In this document: one piece after another, positions 45,888 through 57,659 of the stretch
How positions within the stretch are numbered: position 1 is the stretch's first letter
Layout: every line of letters starts with the position of its first letter
DNA from: an uncultured Clostridia bacterium
GTDB taxonomy: Bacteria; Bacillota; Clostridia; Christensenellales; UBA1242
Direction: 5' to 3'
NCBI GenBank assembly: GCA_934778215.1
Contig: CAKVOE010000002.1
Location: 105,829-169,828 of the forward strand
Length of the DNA: 64,000 nt
Notes under the pieces: model-generated
What the model saw: only the letters and a program-made list of their open reading frames with translations
Told to the model about the DNA's origin: nothing
Database searches by the model: none
Made by a program: the position numbers and the translations under genes

Positions 45888-45961
45888 TTTTATATATCCT
45901 CCTAATAATTTCTATATTCAATATACTACATTGTATTAAAAAAATCAACAAATTATACTAC

Positions 45962-46525
45962 CTACTGCGATATTTTTTCTAACTGCTCCTTAGAAATCAT
46001 AATGTTAAAACCATCGGGAGCCACCAAAAATATATTGCCCTTAATTCGTTGAATGCTTCCGTTTAATGCACACACTCCACCACTAATAAAATCTAATATT
46101 CGTTGAGCTTCGCCGTCAGAAATAGCATCAAGATTTACAATGGCTGGCTCCGTTTGCTTTAAATATTCTATTAATTTTTTTACATCTTCATAATTTTTTG
46201 GGGTAAAAAATACAAAGTTTTTTTGATTGTATGACCCGTATGGGTTATATGTTTGGGTTATGCCAGTCTTTCCCATTCCGTCTGCGTTTACAGTGTTAAA
46301 CTGATCTCTGTTCATTGCAAAAGAGTTGGGTTCCGCATTTCCCGCTTGGTTAAAGTCGGTTATACAATTAAAATTATCGTTTAACCCTTGTTCTCCCCTT
46401 CTTTTTTGTTCTTTTTTTAGTCGCCTTCTTTCTCTCCATGACAACTTTTTATTGTCATCGGCAGTTTCTTCAACGTCTTCCGACTCAAACCCAATTCCCT
46501 TCATAATAAAGTTAAATAATCCCAC
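45962..46525 (-). CDS. sepF: Cell division protein SepF
   Basis: N-terminal amphipathic MGLFNFIMKGIGF and a C-terminal DUF552 core: FFTPKNYEDVKKLIEYLKQTEPAIVNLDAISDGEAQRILDFISGGVCALNGSIQRI. Confidence 0.85.
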   Translation of the reverse strand: MGLFNFIMKGIGFESEDVEETADDNKKLSWRERRRLKKEQKRRGEQGLNDNFNCITDFNQAGNAEPNSFAMNRDQFNTVNADGMGKTGITQTYNPYGSYNQKNFVFFTPKNYEDVKKLIEYLKQTEPAIVNLDAISDGEAQRILDFISGGVCALNGSIQRIKGNIFLVAPDGFNIMISKEQLEKISQ

Positions 46526-46726
46526 TTTTAAACTATTCTCCTTTGAATATATCTTTATTTTACCATAAAAAAACCTATTAGTAAAATATTTTACATATAG
46601 TTTTTTCCTTTTTTAGTCAACTTCAAACCATTTTGGTTTTTATAAATTTTAACAATTTTTTAACTTCATTTAAAAACTAAATATATTTTTACCCCTTTTT
46701 TTATACAAAGTATATGCAATAATTTG

Positions 46727-46788
46727 GCACAAAAATTTGACAACTCTTATTTTTGATATATAATCGCCAGAGTCGACAATATTTGTGC
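46727..46788 (+). promoter_or_regulatory. groESL promoter bracketed by an imperfect inverted repeat of about 20 bp (non-CIRCE)
   Basis: TTGACA (46737-46742), 16 nt, TATAAT (46759-46764). Left arm GCACAAAAATTTGACAACTC (46727-46746); right arm GAGTCGACAATATTTGTGC (46770-46788). Confidence 0.5.
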
Positions 46789-46866
46789 TTTTAAACCAGA
46801 AATTTATACTACCTAAATCAAATATTGAACTAAAATTAAATAGAAATATTTAAAGGAGAAATGAAT

Positions 46867-47157
46867 ATGTTAATTGAACCATTGTTTGATAGAGTTTTAT
46901 TAAAAGAAGTAAAAGATAGCACCCAAAAATCATCTGCTGGCTTAATTTTGCCCGAAACCAATCAAGAAAAGCCACTAATTGGCGAAGTGGTTGCTGTTGG
47001 TAGCGGACTTACCGCAGATGGAAAACAAGTAGATATGGCTGTAAATGTAAACGATAGAGTGGTTTATAGTAAATACGCCGGAATCAATTTTAGAATTGAT
47101 GGCACCGAAGTTGTTTTAATAAGACAAAGCGACATTCTTGCAAGAATAACTAATTAA
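46867..47157 (+). CDS. groES: Co-chaperonin GroES
   Basis: LIEPLFDRVLLKE...GEVVAVGSG...VVYSKYAG. The second ATG was chosen for its RBS spacing. Confidence 0.95.
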   Translation: MLIEPLFDRVLLKEVKDSTQKSSAGLILPETNQEKPLIGEVVAVGSGLTADGKQVDMAVNVNDRVVYSKYAGINFRIDGTEVVLIRQSDILARITN

Positions 47158-47168
47158 AGGAGAATTAA

Positions 47169-48764
<1,596 letters not shown>

Positions 48765-48968
48765 TAATCATTAAAATTTTTTACATATTTTTATTTCATA
48801 TTTTAATAAAATCCTTCAAACAAAACCCTAAGTGAAGAAACCTAACCTGTTCGCTTTGCTTAGGGCTTTTTTTGTTGCAAAAAAAATACACAGCGTTTAG
48901 GGGAAAACTATTCCCAACTAAACTCTGTGTAAATTAAGAAATTTTAATTATTTAGGTTGTTTTAAAAA

Positions 48969-49403
48969 TTATGTGTTTGGCTGTTTTCTTCCCGTTGCCA
49001 AGCAATCACAAATTTCGTTATATTGGTTGCCTGCATGACCTTTTACCTTGTTAAAAGTTACCTTGTGATATTGCGTAAGACTTATTAACTCCTTCCAAAG
49101 ATTTACATTTGCAACTTCTTTTTTTTGCGAATTTTTCCAATCATTTTTTATCCAACCAGAAATCCAGTCATCATTAAAAGCGTTTACCACATAGGCACTA
49201 TCGCTAAATAAATTAACCTTGCAAGGTTCTTTTAACATTTTTAATGCTTCTATACACGCCGTTAACTCCATTTTGTTATTGGTGGTTTCGTCTTCAAATC
49301 CGCACAACTCCCTTTTAATTGTGCCATAAATTAAAACCGCTCCCCAACCGCCCTTTCCAGGATTACCAGAACAAGCACCATCGGTATAAATTGTTATTTC
49401 TTT
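48969..49403 (-). CDS. rnhA: Ribonuclease HI
   Basis: ITIYTDGACSGNPGKGGWGAVL, TNNKMELTA, and SDSAYV..KVKGHAG.. motifs. Start moved to MKEITIY. Confidence 0.9.
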   Translation of the reverse strand, partial: KEITIYTDGACSGNPGKGGWGAVLIYGTIKRELCGFEDETTNNKMELTACIEALKMLKEPCKVNLFSDSAYVVNAFNDDWISGWIKNDWKNSQKKEVANVNLWKELISLTQYHKVTFNKVKGHAGNQYNEICDCLATGRKQPNT

Positions 49404-49410
49404 CATAATA

Positions 49411-49869
49411 TTATTGGTTTGTAGAACCAAACCCTCCCTTTCTTTCCCTATTAATTTCTGCCTCGTCATCTACCGTCAAAAACTTAAAGAAAAATATTTG
49501 TCCTATCTTATCTCCCTTTTTTACTATATATGGCTCTTTGCCATGATTAAAAAGCATAAAGCCAATGTTTCCGTCATTGCTCTCGCAATCGGCATAATCA
49601 CTTTCTATAATACCAACACCCTGAGCAAGCATAACACCACGCTTCCCCATACCTGATGTTGCACTTAACATAAAGCCCTCATCGGTGTTGCAATAAGCCT
49701 TGCAATTTATAAAAATTAATTTTGTATCAAAAGGCTCAATTACTTCATCTATTGGCGAATAACAATCATAACAAACGGCGTGCTTGGTTGCTCTTACCGG
49801 CATTTTTATATCTTCGGGTTTTTGCCCGTACATTAACATATTGGTTTTTACTGGTGCAAATTTTCTCAT
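49411..49869 (-). CDS. dut: dUTP diphosphatase (trimeric type, with an insertion)
   Basis: GVGIIESDYA (motif 3-like) and the C-terminal RKGGFGSTN (motif 5). Confidence 0.75.
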   Translation of the reverse strand: MRKFAPVKTNMLMYGQKPEDIKMPVRATKHAVCYDCYSPIDEVIEPFDTKLIFINCKAYCNTDEGFMLSATSGMGKRGVMLAQGVGIIESDYADCESNDGNIGFMLFNHGKEPYIVKKGDKIGQIFFFKFLTVDDEAEINRERKGGFGSTNQ

Positions 49870-50042
49870 ATAATTACTCCTAATTTTTAATTAAGTATAA
49901 CAAAATTTAATATATTAAACAAACCAAAATTTATTAAATAAACAATTTTTGTTTTATTTTGTTAGTTTTACCACAATTAGTTGTGGGTTGTTGCACCAAA
50001 AAAGCAAAAGTAAAAGCGATGAATTTTTCATCGCTTTTAACG

Positions 50043-50309
50043 TTAGTCGTTTTTGTATGGTAACAACGCCATAACTCTTGCACGCTTAATAGCATTTGTA
50101 AGTTCTCTTTGGTGCTTTGCACAAAGACCAGAAATTCTTCTTGGAACGATTTTGCCCTTTTCTGTCATATATCTTTTTAGTTTTGCTACATCTTTGTAGT
50201 CAATAGCTTCAACTTTATCTTGGCAGAATGCACAAACTTTTTTAACTTGCTTTTTGGTCTTCTTTCCAGACTTATCATCATAGCTTGCGTTATTTTTTTG
50301 TGGTTTCAT
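50043..50309 (-). CDS. rpsR: 30S ribosomal protein S18
   Basis: [53 protein letters not shown]. Confidence 0.97.
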   Translation of the reverse strand: MKPQKNNASYDDKSGKKTKKQVKKVCAFCQDKVEAIDYKDVAKLKRYMTEKGKIVPRRISGLCAKHQRELTNAIKRARVMALLPYKND

Positions 50310-50343
50310 GTTGTATCTCCTTGATTAAAATAATTTTGCTAAA

Positions 50344-50781
50344 TTAGAATGGCAAATCATCGTCATCAATAGGTTCAAACTTTGCAATTTTGTTGCCAGA
50401 GTTTGAAGATGTTTTAGGTTCGTCATCAAATTTAGATTTTTCGGTTGGTTCTCCATCTCCGCCAGACTTACGGCCAACAAATTCTACATTGTCTACACTA
50501 ACTTCGGTAACATATCTTTTGTTGCCGTCATTGCCTTCGTACGTTCTTGTTTGAATACTGCCAACAACGCCAGCAGGACTACCCTTTTTGAAGTACTTGG
50601 CTACAAATTCGGCATTGTTTCTCCATGCTACACAGTTAATAAAATCGGTTTCTCTTTCGCCGTCTGCATTGGCATAGGTTCTAGAAACTGCTACGGTAAA
50701 TCGGCATACGCTTACGCCCGATGGGGTTGTTGTAAGCTCTGGATCTCTTGCTAAATTTCCAACTAAAATAACTTTGTTCAT
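50344..50781 (-). CDS. ssb: Single-stranded DNA-binding protein
   Basis: [18 protein letters not shown]-fold start and the acidic tail DDDDLPF. Confidence 0.95.
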   Translation of the reverse strand: MNKVILVGNLARDPELTTTPSGVSVCRFTVAVSRTYANADGERETDFINCVAWRNNAEFVAKYFKKGSPAGVVGSIQTRTYEGNDGNKRYVTEVSVDNVEFVGRKSGGDGEPTEKSKFDDEPKTSSNSGNKIAKFEPIDDDDLPF

Positions 50782-50812
50782 AATTTCTCTCCTAATATTT
50801 TGAGCGATTTAA

Positions 50813-51097
50813 TTACTTGGCAACAATCATATATCTTACGACATTTTCTGTAATGTTAAGTTGTTTGCCAATAACATTTGCGGTATCGCTATTTTCGGAT
50901 GTGAAGTTTACTAGAACATAATAACCTTCGGTTTTGTAATTGATAGGATAAGCAAACTTTTTATCGCCAATCTTCTCAACACCTTCAATAACGCCAGCAT
51001 TTTTTGTAATAATGGTTTCAACCTTCTTCATAACTGCTTCTTTTTCTTCGTCAGTTGTGCCGGTTGAAATTATGTACAACATTTCATACTTTTGCAT
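50813..51097 (-). CDS. rpsF: 30S ribosomal protein S6
   Basis: MQKYEMLYII...KFAYPINYKTEGYYVLVNF. Lies in the canonical rpsF-ssb-rpsR order. Confidence 0.95.
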   Translation of the reverse strand: MQKYEMLYIISTGTTDEEKEAVMKKVETIITKNAGVIEGVEKIGDKKFAYPINYKTEGYYVLVNFTSENSDTANVIGKQLNITENVVRYMIVAK

Positions 51098-51228
51098 AAA
51101 TACTTTTACCTCCTTTTGGACTAAATCGGCTTTGAAAATATCAAAGCAAGGATTTCGTGCAATATTTTAACATATATAAATTATTTTTTCAAGTGTTTAA
51201 TCAAAATTAACAAAATTTCATTAACTTT

Positions 51229-53397
51229 TTAAACGTTTACCTCGTCATCTACCGCACCTTTTATGGTTAACTGTATACGTTTTTTGTTTAGGTCTACGCT
51301 CATAACCTTAACTTTTACTACATCGCCAACCTTTAACACTTCACTAGGGTGCTTTATGTAATCTTTGCTTATTTCGCTAATGTGAACCAATCCGTCTTGA
51401 TGCACCGAAATATCTACAAACACGCCAAAATCTATAACATTTCTTACTACACCCATCATAACCATTCCGGGTTTTAAATTTTCTATACCTAGCAACTCAC
51501 TTTTTAGCATTGGTTTAGGAAGTTCATCTCTTATATCTCTGCCCGGCTTTGCTAATTCTCCCGCAATATCTAATAGCGTAGGTTCACCAATATTTAACAA
51601 TTTTGCAACCTTTTCGCTACCCTCTTTTTCTATTAGTGCTGGCAAATGTTTAACCCTATCTGAACCTAAGTCGCTTACGCTCATATTAAAGTGGCTCAAA
51701 ATTGGCTCAACCTTATCATAACTTTCAGGGTGAACGCCGGTATTATCCAAAACATTTTCGCCACCTACAACACGCAAAAAGCCCGCACATTGAACATAGG
51801 CTTTTTCGCCCAACTTTGGCACTTGTTTTAACATTTCACGGTTTTTGATAGCACCATTTTCTCGTATATATTTTTCTATGTTTTTTGCAATTCCACTATT
51901 TAGACCAGACACATAAGAAAGTAGGCTTGGGCTTGCCGTGTTTACATCTACACCTACCTTATTTACACAATCTTCTACAACTCCGTCTAATACTTCGGTT
52001 AGCCTTGCCTGTGGCATATCGTGTTGATATTGACCTACGCCTATGCTTTTTACATCTATTTTTATTAGTTCGGCAAGTGGGTCTTGCAATCTTCTTGCTA
52101 TACTAACTGCACTTCTTAGTGCAACATCAAAGTCCGGAAACTCACTAGCACCCAATTTTGATGCACTATACACGCTGGCACCCGCTTCGTTTACAACGGC
52201 GTATTCTACCTTGCGGTCTAATTTTTTTATAAGGTTACTAACAAAAATTTCGCTTTCTTTTGTTGCCGTTCCGTTTCCTATAGAAATAACATCTACATTA
52301 TGTTTTTTGATAAGCCCTGTTAAAATAACTTCGGCTTCGGCAATTTTGTTCTGTGGAGGAGTAGGATAAATAACCGTTGTGTCTAGCACGTTGCCGTTTG
52401 CGTCAATTACTGCTATTTTGCAACCGGTACGGTAGGCAGGGTCTAGACCTAAAATTACCTTACCCTTTAATGGTGGTTGCATTAAAAGAGGTTCCAAATT
52501 TACCTTGAACATCTTTATTGCCTGTTCGTTTGCACTGTCTGTTAGACTGGTGCGAACTTCCCTTTCTATACTAGGGAAAATAAGTCTGTCATAACTATCA
52601 ACGCAAACTTCTTTTAGCAAATCTTGATAGGGAGAATTTTTTACTATAAATTCGCTCTCTATTTTGTTTAATGCAAGTTCTTCATTTAAGTCAAGGTCTA
52701 CTTTTAAACAACCTTCGTTTTCGCCCCTATTCATTGCAAGTATTCGGTGGCTTGGGGTTTTAGAAATATCAGCATCAAAGTCGGCATACATCTCATAGGT
52801 TTCATGACCCTCTTTTTTGTCGTCTAATTTAGCCTTAATATGACCCTTTTTAACTAGCATTTCTCTTAAATCTTTTCTTAAAGCAGCATTGTCCGAAATT
52901 TTTTCTGCAATTATGTCTTTGGCTCCGCTTATTGCCTCTTCTATACTATTTACGCCCTTTTCTTCGCTTATAAACTCGGTTGCCTTTTCTTCGATAGAGC
53001 CACCCTTTTGTGACAAAATAAAGTCAGCCAAAGGCTCTAATCCTTTTGCAATTGCAACTGACGCTCTGGTTTTTCTTTTTGGTTTAAACGGACGATAAAT
53101 ATCTTCTACTTCGGTTAATGTTCCCGCATTGTTTAGCGCTTGCTGAATTTCTTCCGTCATATTGCCCTGTTCGGTAATTGCTTTTGTAACCTCTTCTTTT
53201 CGCTTTTCTAAATTGCGAAGATATTTTAGCCTGTCATCAAACGCTCTTAATGTTTGGTCGTCTACCCCACCCGTTAACTCTTTACGATATCTTGCAATAA
53301 AAGGAATGGTGCAACCTTCGTCTAAAAGGTTTATTATATTTTGAACCTGAACTGGTCTTAAACTAAATTCTAAACTTAATAATTTTTCTATTTCCAT
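51229..53397 (-). CDS. tex: Tex-like transcription accessory protein (YqgF/HhH/S1 domains)
   Basis: N-terminal VQNIINLLDEGCTIPFIARYRKE, a central RuvC-like domain, and a C-terminal S1 domain (GMVMMGVVRNVIDFGVFVDI). Confidence 0.9.
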   Translation of the reverse strand: MEIEKLLSLEFSLRPVQVQNIINLLDEGCTIPFIARYRKELTGGVDDQTLRAFDDRLKYLRNLEKRKEEVTKAITEQGNMTEEIQQALNNAGTLTEVEDIYRPFKPKRKTRASVAIAKGLEPLADFILSQKGGSIEEKATEFISEEKGVNSIEEAISGAKDIIAEKISDNAALRKDLREMLVKKGHIKAKLDDKKEGHETYEMYADFDADISKTPSHRILAMNRGENEGCLKVDLDLNEELALNKIESEFIVKNSPYQDLLKEVCVDSYDRLIFPSIEREVRTSLTDSANEQAIKMFKVNLEPLLMQPPLKGKVILGLDPAYRTGCKIAVIDANGNVLDTTVIYPTPPQNKIAEAEVILTGLIKKHNVDVISIGNGTATKESEIFVSNLIKKLDRKVEYAVVNEAGASVYSASKLGASEFPDFDVALRSAVSIARRLQDPLAELIKIDVKSIGVGQYQHDMPQARLTEVLDGVVEDCVNKVGVDVNTASPSLLSYVSGLNSGIAKNIEKYIRENGAIKNREMLKQVPKLGEKAYVQCAGFLRVVGGENVLDNTGVHPESYDKVEPILSHFNMSVSDLGSDRVKHLPALIEKEGSEKVAKLLNIGEPTLLDIAGELAKPGRDIRDELPKPMLKSELLGIENLKPGMVMMGVVRNVIDFGVFVDISVHQDGLVHISEISKDYIKHPSEVLKVGDVVKVKVMSVDLNKKRIQLTIKGAVDDEVNV

Positions 53398-53519
53398 AAA
53401 TTCACCTCATTTGCTATTATACCAAATTTTTCTTAGAATGTAAAACACTATTTTGCATAAAATACTATTACAAGATGTTTTATTTATTTAATTGAAATAT
53501 GTAAATAATTTGTATTGTG

Positions 53520-53548
53520 TTGACTTTTTATGCACCCTTATGTAAAAT
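53520..53548 (+). promoter_or_regulatory. Sigma-A promoter of the P-type ATPase gene
   Basis: TTGACT, 17 nt, TAAAAT, immediately upstream of the RBS AAGGAAG. Confidence 0.5.
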
Positions 53549-53577
53549 ATAGTTATATAAAAATTAAGGAAGAATAA

Positions 53578-56259
53578 ATGGACGAAAAAATTAAAAACGG
53601 CGAATTAGATGCAACGCAAAAGCCAATTGTTGAAGGCTCTACCGAAAGTGCATTTAAAGAAGCATATAACAATAAACAGACCTTAAAGCAAAACAAAAAA
53701 CTAGCAAAGAAAAAAAGCAAAAAGAAAAAGTCGGCATTTGAAAAGGTTTTAGATGAAAAAAAATCTGTTGATATTCCAGACAAAAAAATTAACCGTGTAA
53801 AACCCGACCCAAATGAAGGACTTAGCGTAGAACAAGTTATTGAAAGGATTAATAAAGGTTTTGTAAACACCACACCTAATGCAAATGTAAAAACCTATCG
53901 CTCAATCTTTATAAATAACATTTTTACCTTCTTTAATATGCTTTGTTTGGCAATTGCTATTAGTTTGCTGTTTGCACAGTCTTACAAAAACTTAGTATTC
54001 ATGGTAATTGCACTAGCCAATACCACCATTGGTATTGTTCAAGAAATTAGGGCAAAACGCACCATAGAAAAATTAAGTCTTTTGACCGCACCCACCGCCA
54101 AAGTTATTAGAGGCGGAAGCGAATATGATGTAACTACCGCCGAAGTTGTAATAGACGATATAGTTTGTCTATCTAACGGCAAGCAGATAGTTGCCGATGC
54201 AATTATTGTAGAGGGCAGTGTAGAAGTTAACGAGTCGCTACTAACAGGTGAAAGCGTAACCATAAAAAAGACGGTGGGCGACACATTGTTTTCGGGAAGT
54301 TTTATTTCTAGTGGCAAATGTAAAGCACGGGTAGATAAAGTTGGCGCCGACTGTTATATAGAACAACTAAGCCAGCGTGCAAAACAGTACAAAAAACCAA
54401 AATCTGAATTGTTTAACTCTTTAAATATGACTATTAAGGTAATTGGTTTTATACTAATTCCACTAGCAATTGCAATGTATATTAACAACTATGTAAAAAC
54501 GGGTACTTTTGCCGAAACGGTAGAAAAAAGTGCTGGCGCAATTGTAAGTATGATTCCTGCTGGTATGTTCTTGCTTTGTAGCGTAGCGCTAACGGTATCT
54601 GTAATTAGGCTTGCACAAAAAAAGGCGCTTGTTCAAGACTTGTATTGCGTAGAAATGCTTGCTCGTGTAAATGTGTTATGTTTAGATAAAACGGGCACAA
54701 TAACCGATGGCACCATGAAAGTATATAATTGCATAGAAGTGCAAAACAAAAGCGGTATGACACTAAAAAGAATTGTGGGAAGTATGCTTTCTGCTCTTGG
54801 CGACAACAACCAGACTAGCCAAAGTTTAATTAATTATTTTGGTTTAAATAAAGAACTTCCTGCCACCGCTACCCTACCATTCTCATCGGCAAGAAAGTTG
54901 AGTGCTGTAAGTTTTGAAAATTTGGGAACATACATTTTGGGCGCACCTGAATTTGTTATTCCTAATATGAAAGAAGGCAAAATTAAAGACACCATAGACC
55001 AATATGCAAAAGATGGATACAGAGTTTTGGTTTTGGCAAACTGTGCTGGAAACATAACTCGTGACGGAAACCTTCCTAACACCGCCCGACAAATTATTGC
55101 AATAATTGTGTTAGAAGACCGTATTAGAGAAGATGCCATAGACACCATTAAATGGTTTAAAGACAACGATGTAAAAATTAAAATTATTTCGGGCGATAAC
55201 CCATTAACCGTTGCAGAAATTGCAAAAAGGGTAGGCGTAGACGACACCGAATCATTTATAAACCTAGAAGGCTTAAATGAGTCACAAGTCATTTCTGCCG
55301 CTAATAAATATACCGTTTTTGGAAGAGTAACCCCTGAGCAAAAAGCCATTTTGGTAAAGGCTATGAAAGCACAGGGTAACACCGTTGCAATGACGGGCGA
55401 TGGTGTAAATGATATTCTTGCACTAAAAGAAGCCGATTGCTCTATTGCTATGGCAAGCGGTAGTGAAGCGGTAAGAAGCGTTTCTCACATGGTTTTATTA
55501 GACAGCAAGTTTAGTTCTATGCCACAAGCCGTTTTTGAAGGAAGACGAGTAATTAACAACGTTCAGCGTTCATCTGCTCTATTCTTTATGAAAACAATAT
55601 TTACCATATTATTTTCAATATTCATTTTGGCTAATCGTCAAGTTTATCCATTTGCTCCATTGCAAATGTACATGCTAGAATTTTTTGTAATAGGTATACC
55701 TAGCTTCTTCCTTGCTTTGCAACCTAACAAAAGCCGAATTAAAGGAAGGTTTATATATAACCTATTCAAGAATGCACTTCCGGGAGCGTTGACTTTATTT
55801 ATTAACTGCATATCAGTATATATATTTGTTCTTTTAACCCAAGGCAACTGGGACGACAGAGTTTTAATTAGTTCTATGTGCACAATTGCAATAACCTTTA
55901 CCGGACTTGCAATGCTATTAAGACTTTGCCAACCTATGAGTACTCTTACTGGCATATTGTTTACAACCATGACCAGTTTGTGCTTAGGGCTTACAATATT
56001 TGCACCCGACTTTTTTGACATTGCAAGAGTAGGCAGAGAAAACACATTATTTATAATTATTTTAATACTAATATCTGGTTATATTATTACCATATTCTCT
56101 AAAATATTAGACAAGATTAACATAGGCTCTAGCCAACAAGTAAAAATATCTAGTTGGGTCGACCAGCAAGTAAAAAATAATCACAACCTGCAATTTCCTA
56201 CCATAATTGATACTAAACAAAAAGATGACGAAAAACTTGTTGATAAGCACTCAAAATAA
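53578..56259 (+). CDS. Cation-transporting P-type ATPase (P2/P3-like, HAD-IC), with a Lys-rich N-terminal extension
   Basis: TGES, the phosphorylation site CLDKTGTITDG, the hinge MTGDGVNDILALKEAD, and 8-10 TM helices. Confidence 0.9.
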   Translation: MDEKIKNGELDATQKPIVEGSTESAFKEAYNNKQTLKQNKKLAKKKSKKKKSAFEKVLDEKKSVDIPDKKINRVKPDPNEGLSVEQVIERINKGFVNTTPNANVKTYRSIFINNIFTFFNMLCLAIAISLLFAQSYKNLVFMVIALANTTIGIVQEIRAKRTIEKLSLLTAPTAKVIRGGSEYDVTTAEVVIDDIVCLSNGKQIVADAIIVEGSVEVNESLLTGESVTIKKTVGDTLFSGSFISSGKCKARVDKVGADCYIEQLSQRAKQYKKPKSELFNSLNMTIKVIGFILIPLAIAMYINNYVKTGTFAETVEKSAGAIVSMIPAGMFLLCSVALTVSVIRLAQKKALVQDLYCVEMLARVNVLCLDKTGTITDGTMKVYNCIEVQNKSGMTLKRIVGSMLSALGDNNQTSQSLINYFGLNKELPATATLPFSSARKLSAVSFENLGTYILGAPEFVIPNMKEGKIKDTIDQYAKDGYRVLVLANCAGNITRDGNLPNTARQIIAIIVLEDRIREDAIDTIKWFKDNDVKIKIISGDNPLTVAEIAKRVGVDDTESFINLEGLNESQVISAANKYTVFGRVTPEQKAILVKAMKAQGNTVAMTGDGVNDILALKEADCSIAMASGSEAVRSVSHMVLLDSKFSSMPQAVFEGRRVINNVQRSSALFFMKTIFTILFSIFILANRQVYPFAPLQMYMLEFFVIGIPSFFLALQPNKSRIKGRFIYNLFKNALPGALTLFINCISVYIFVLLTQGNWDDRVLISSMCTIAITFTGLAMLLRLCQPMSTLTGILFTTMTSLCLGLTIFAPDFFDIARVGRENTLFIIILILISGYIITIFSKILDKINIGSSQQVKISSWVDQQVKNNHNLQFPTIIDTKQKDDEKLVDKHSK

Positions 56260-56273
56260 TTAAGCATAAAAGC

Positions 56274-56317
56274 AAAAAACACACAATTTTTGAAAAACCA
56301 AAAGTTGTGTGTTTTTA
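56274..56317. terminator. Bidirectional terminator
   Basis: AACACACAA..18-nt loop..TTGTGTGTT flanked by A and T runs, between convergent genes. Confidence 0.6.
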
Positions 56318-56330
56318 TTTGTTTACAAAT

Positions 56331-57605
56331 TTATTTTTGCCTTTGTTCGTCATAAGACTCTTGAATATTGTTAATTTTTTGCAAATATTTTGCTACTGAG
56401 CCTTTATATTCTTCTTCGCCTGTTAATATTTTTTTGTACCTTTCTTCGGCAACGGAGCCAAACCCTTTAATTAGTGTATTATATTTAGGGCAGGCACTTT
56501 TATATTCCGTACCAGTTGTGTTGTTTAACAAGTTTCCCGACCCCATCATATACACATCTATAACCGAATCTTTATTTATAAAGTTCTTTGTGTCTGACCT
56601 AGAATTTAGTTCTCGCAAAAAGTTTAAATCCAAAAAACTGCTTAATAGTGACGCATACTCTGGGTCGTTTAATTTTTGCTTATCGTAATCATTTAACTGA
56701 TGCACCGAAGTTAGGCTTTGCAAATTTGGAGTGGTAAGCAATCTTTTGCCCGTCATATTGTACGCCAACCTATCGGTATCTTGCAACGCCTCTAAGCCCA
56801 TTTGTAATGGTCCTAAATAATTTTTGTTGGCATCTTCTTTATTATTTATAATACCCGAACCCTCTCTTTGAATTCTGCCCGCAATCGTCATAGGAGAGTA
56901 ACAATTTTTGTACATCTCATAATAACTAGAATTTGTGCTTTTTAACATATCTAGCATATAGTAATAGGCGTTTGCACTAAATATGCTTATGCTATCATAA
57001 TAAATACACGTTCCTCTTTTTCCTTCATAGGTGGGGTCTTTGCGAGAATCTTCCAAAAATCGTTCAAACCTTTTTTGAATCTCTTTGTCGCTACTAACTG
57101 TTGCGGTAAAATTTTTAAAAGCTTCCTCATGTTCCGCCCTATTTATATTACCACCATTTTCTGACTCTACCACCTCAACTTGTGCCACATTATGTCCGCT
57201 TGTAGTAGCCTTTCTTTCTTCTTTGCTAAGAAACATTGCGTCCGAAAAGCACGACATCGCCAAAAGTCCCACAACATTTACAACTGCCAATGCGGTACCT
57301 ACTACTTTTATATTTTCTTTTAGAACCGCCCTTTGTGCTTGTGGCAACGTTCTCGAAATTGATTGCGGTCTATTACGCCCGCTTTGTTTAATTTGTTTTA
57401 CCCTTTTTAAATTTACTTCGCCCAAAAACGCCTTAACCAAAATCTCCGGTCTTTTAACCAAAAATTCCCTTGCCTCTTTTGCGCCAACACGGTCTTCTAC
57501 TCTTTTAAAAAAGACCTTAAACTCTGGATCATAAAAATAGGTTTCAATATTCTTTTTTTCGGGCCCGTATAACTTTGCACTATTGTTTTTATTATGTGTT
57601 CCCAT
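56331..57605 (-). CDS. Hypothetical single-TM protein (424 aa)
   Basis: TM segment VVGTALAVVNVVGLLAMSCF. No motif recognised with confidence. Confidence 0.45.
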   Translation of the reverse strand: MGTHNKNNSAKLYGPEKKNIETYFYDPEFKVFFKRVEDRVGAKEAREFLVKRPEILVKAFLGEVNLKRVKQIKQSGRNRPQSISRTLPQAQRAVLKENIKVVGTALAVVNVVGLLAMSCFSDAMFLSKEERKATTSGHNVAQVEVVESENGGNINRAEHEEAFKNFTATVSSDKEIQKRFERFLEDSRKDPTYEGKRGTCIYYDSISIFSANAYYYMLDMLKSTNSSYYEMYKNCYSPMTIAGRIQREGSGIINNKEDANKNYLGPLQMGLEALQDTDRLAYNMTGKRLLTTPNLQSLTSVHQLNDYDKQKLNDPEYASLLSSFLDLNFLRELNSRSDTKNFINKDSVIDVYMMGSGNLLNNTTGTEYKSACPKYNTLIKGFGSVAEERYKKILTGEEEYKGSVAKYLQKINNIQESYDEQRQK

Positions 57606-57659
57606 ATTTTGTTACCGCCTTATGTAGTAAGTATAACTCAAAAGAACCCCTTTGTCAAA

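Noticed and set aside
46725-46740. TGGCAC-N5-TTTGA upstream of groES resembles a sigma-54 -24/-12 promoter.
   Set aside because: The -12 element is TTGA rather than TTGC. The motif overlaps a good sigma-A -35, and it forms part of the inverted-repeat arm.
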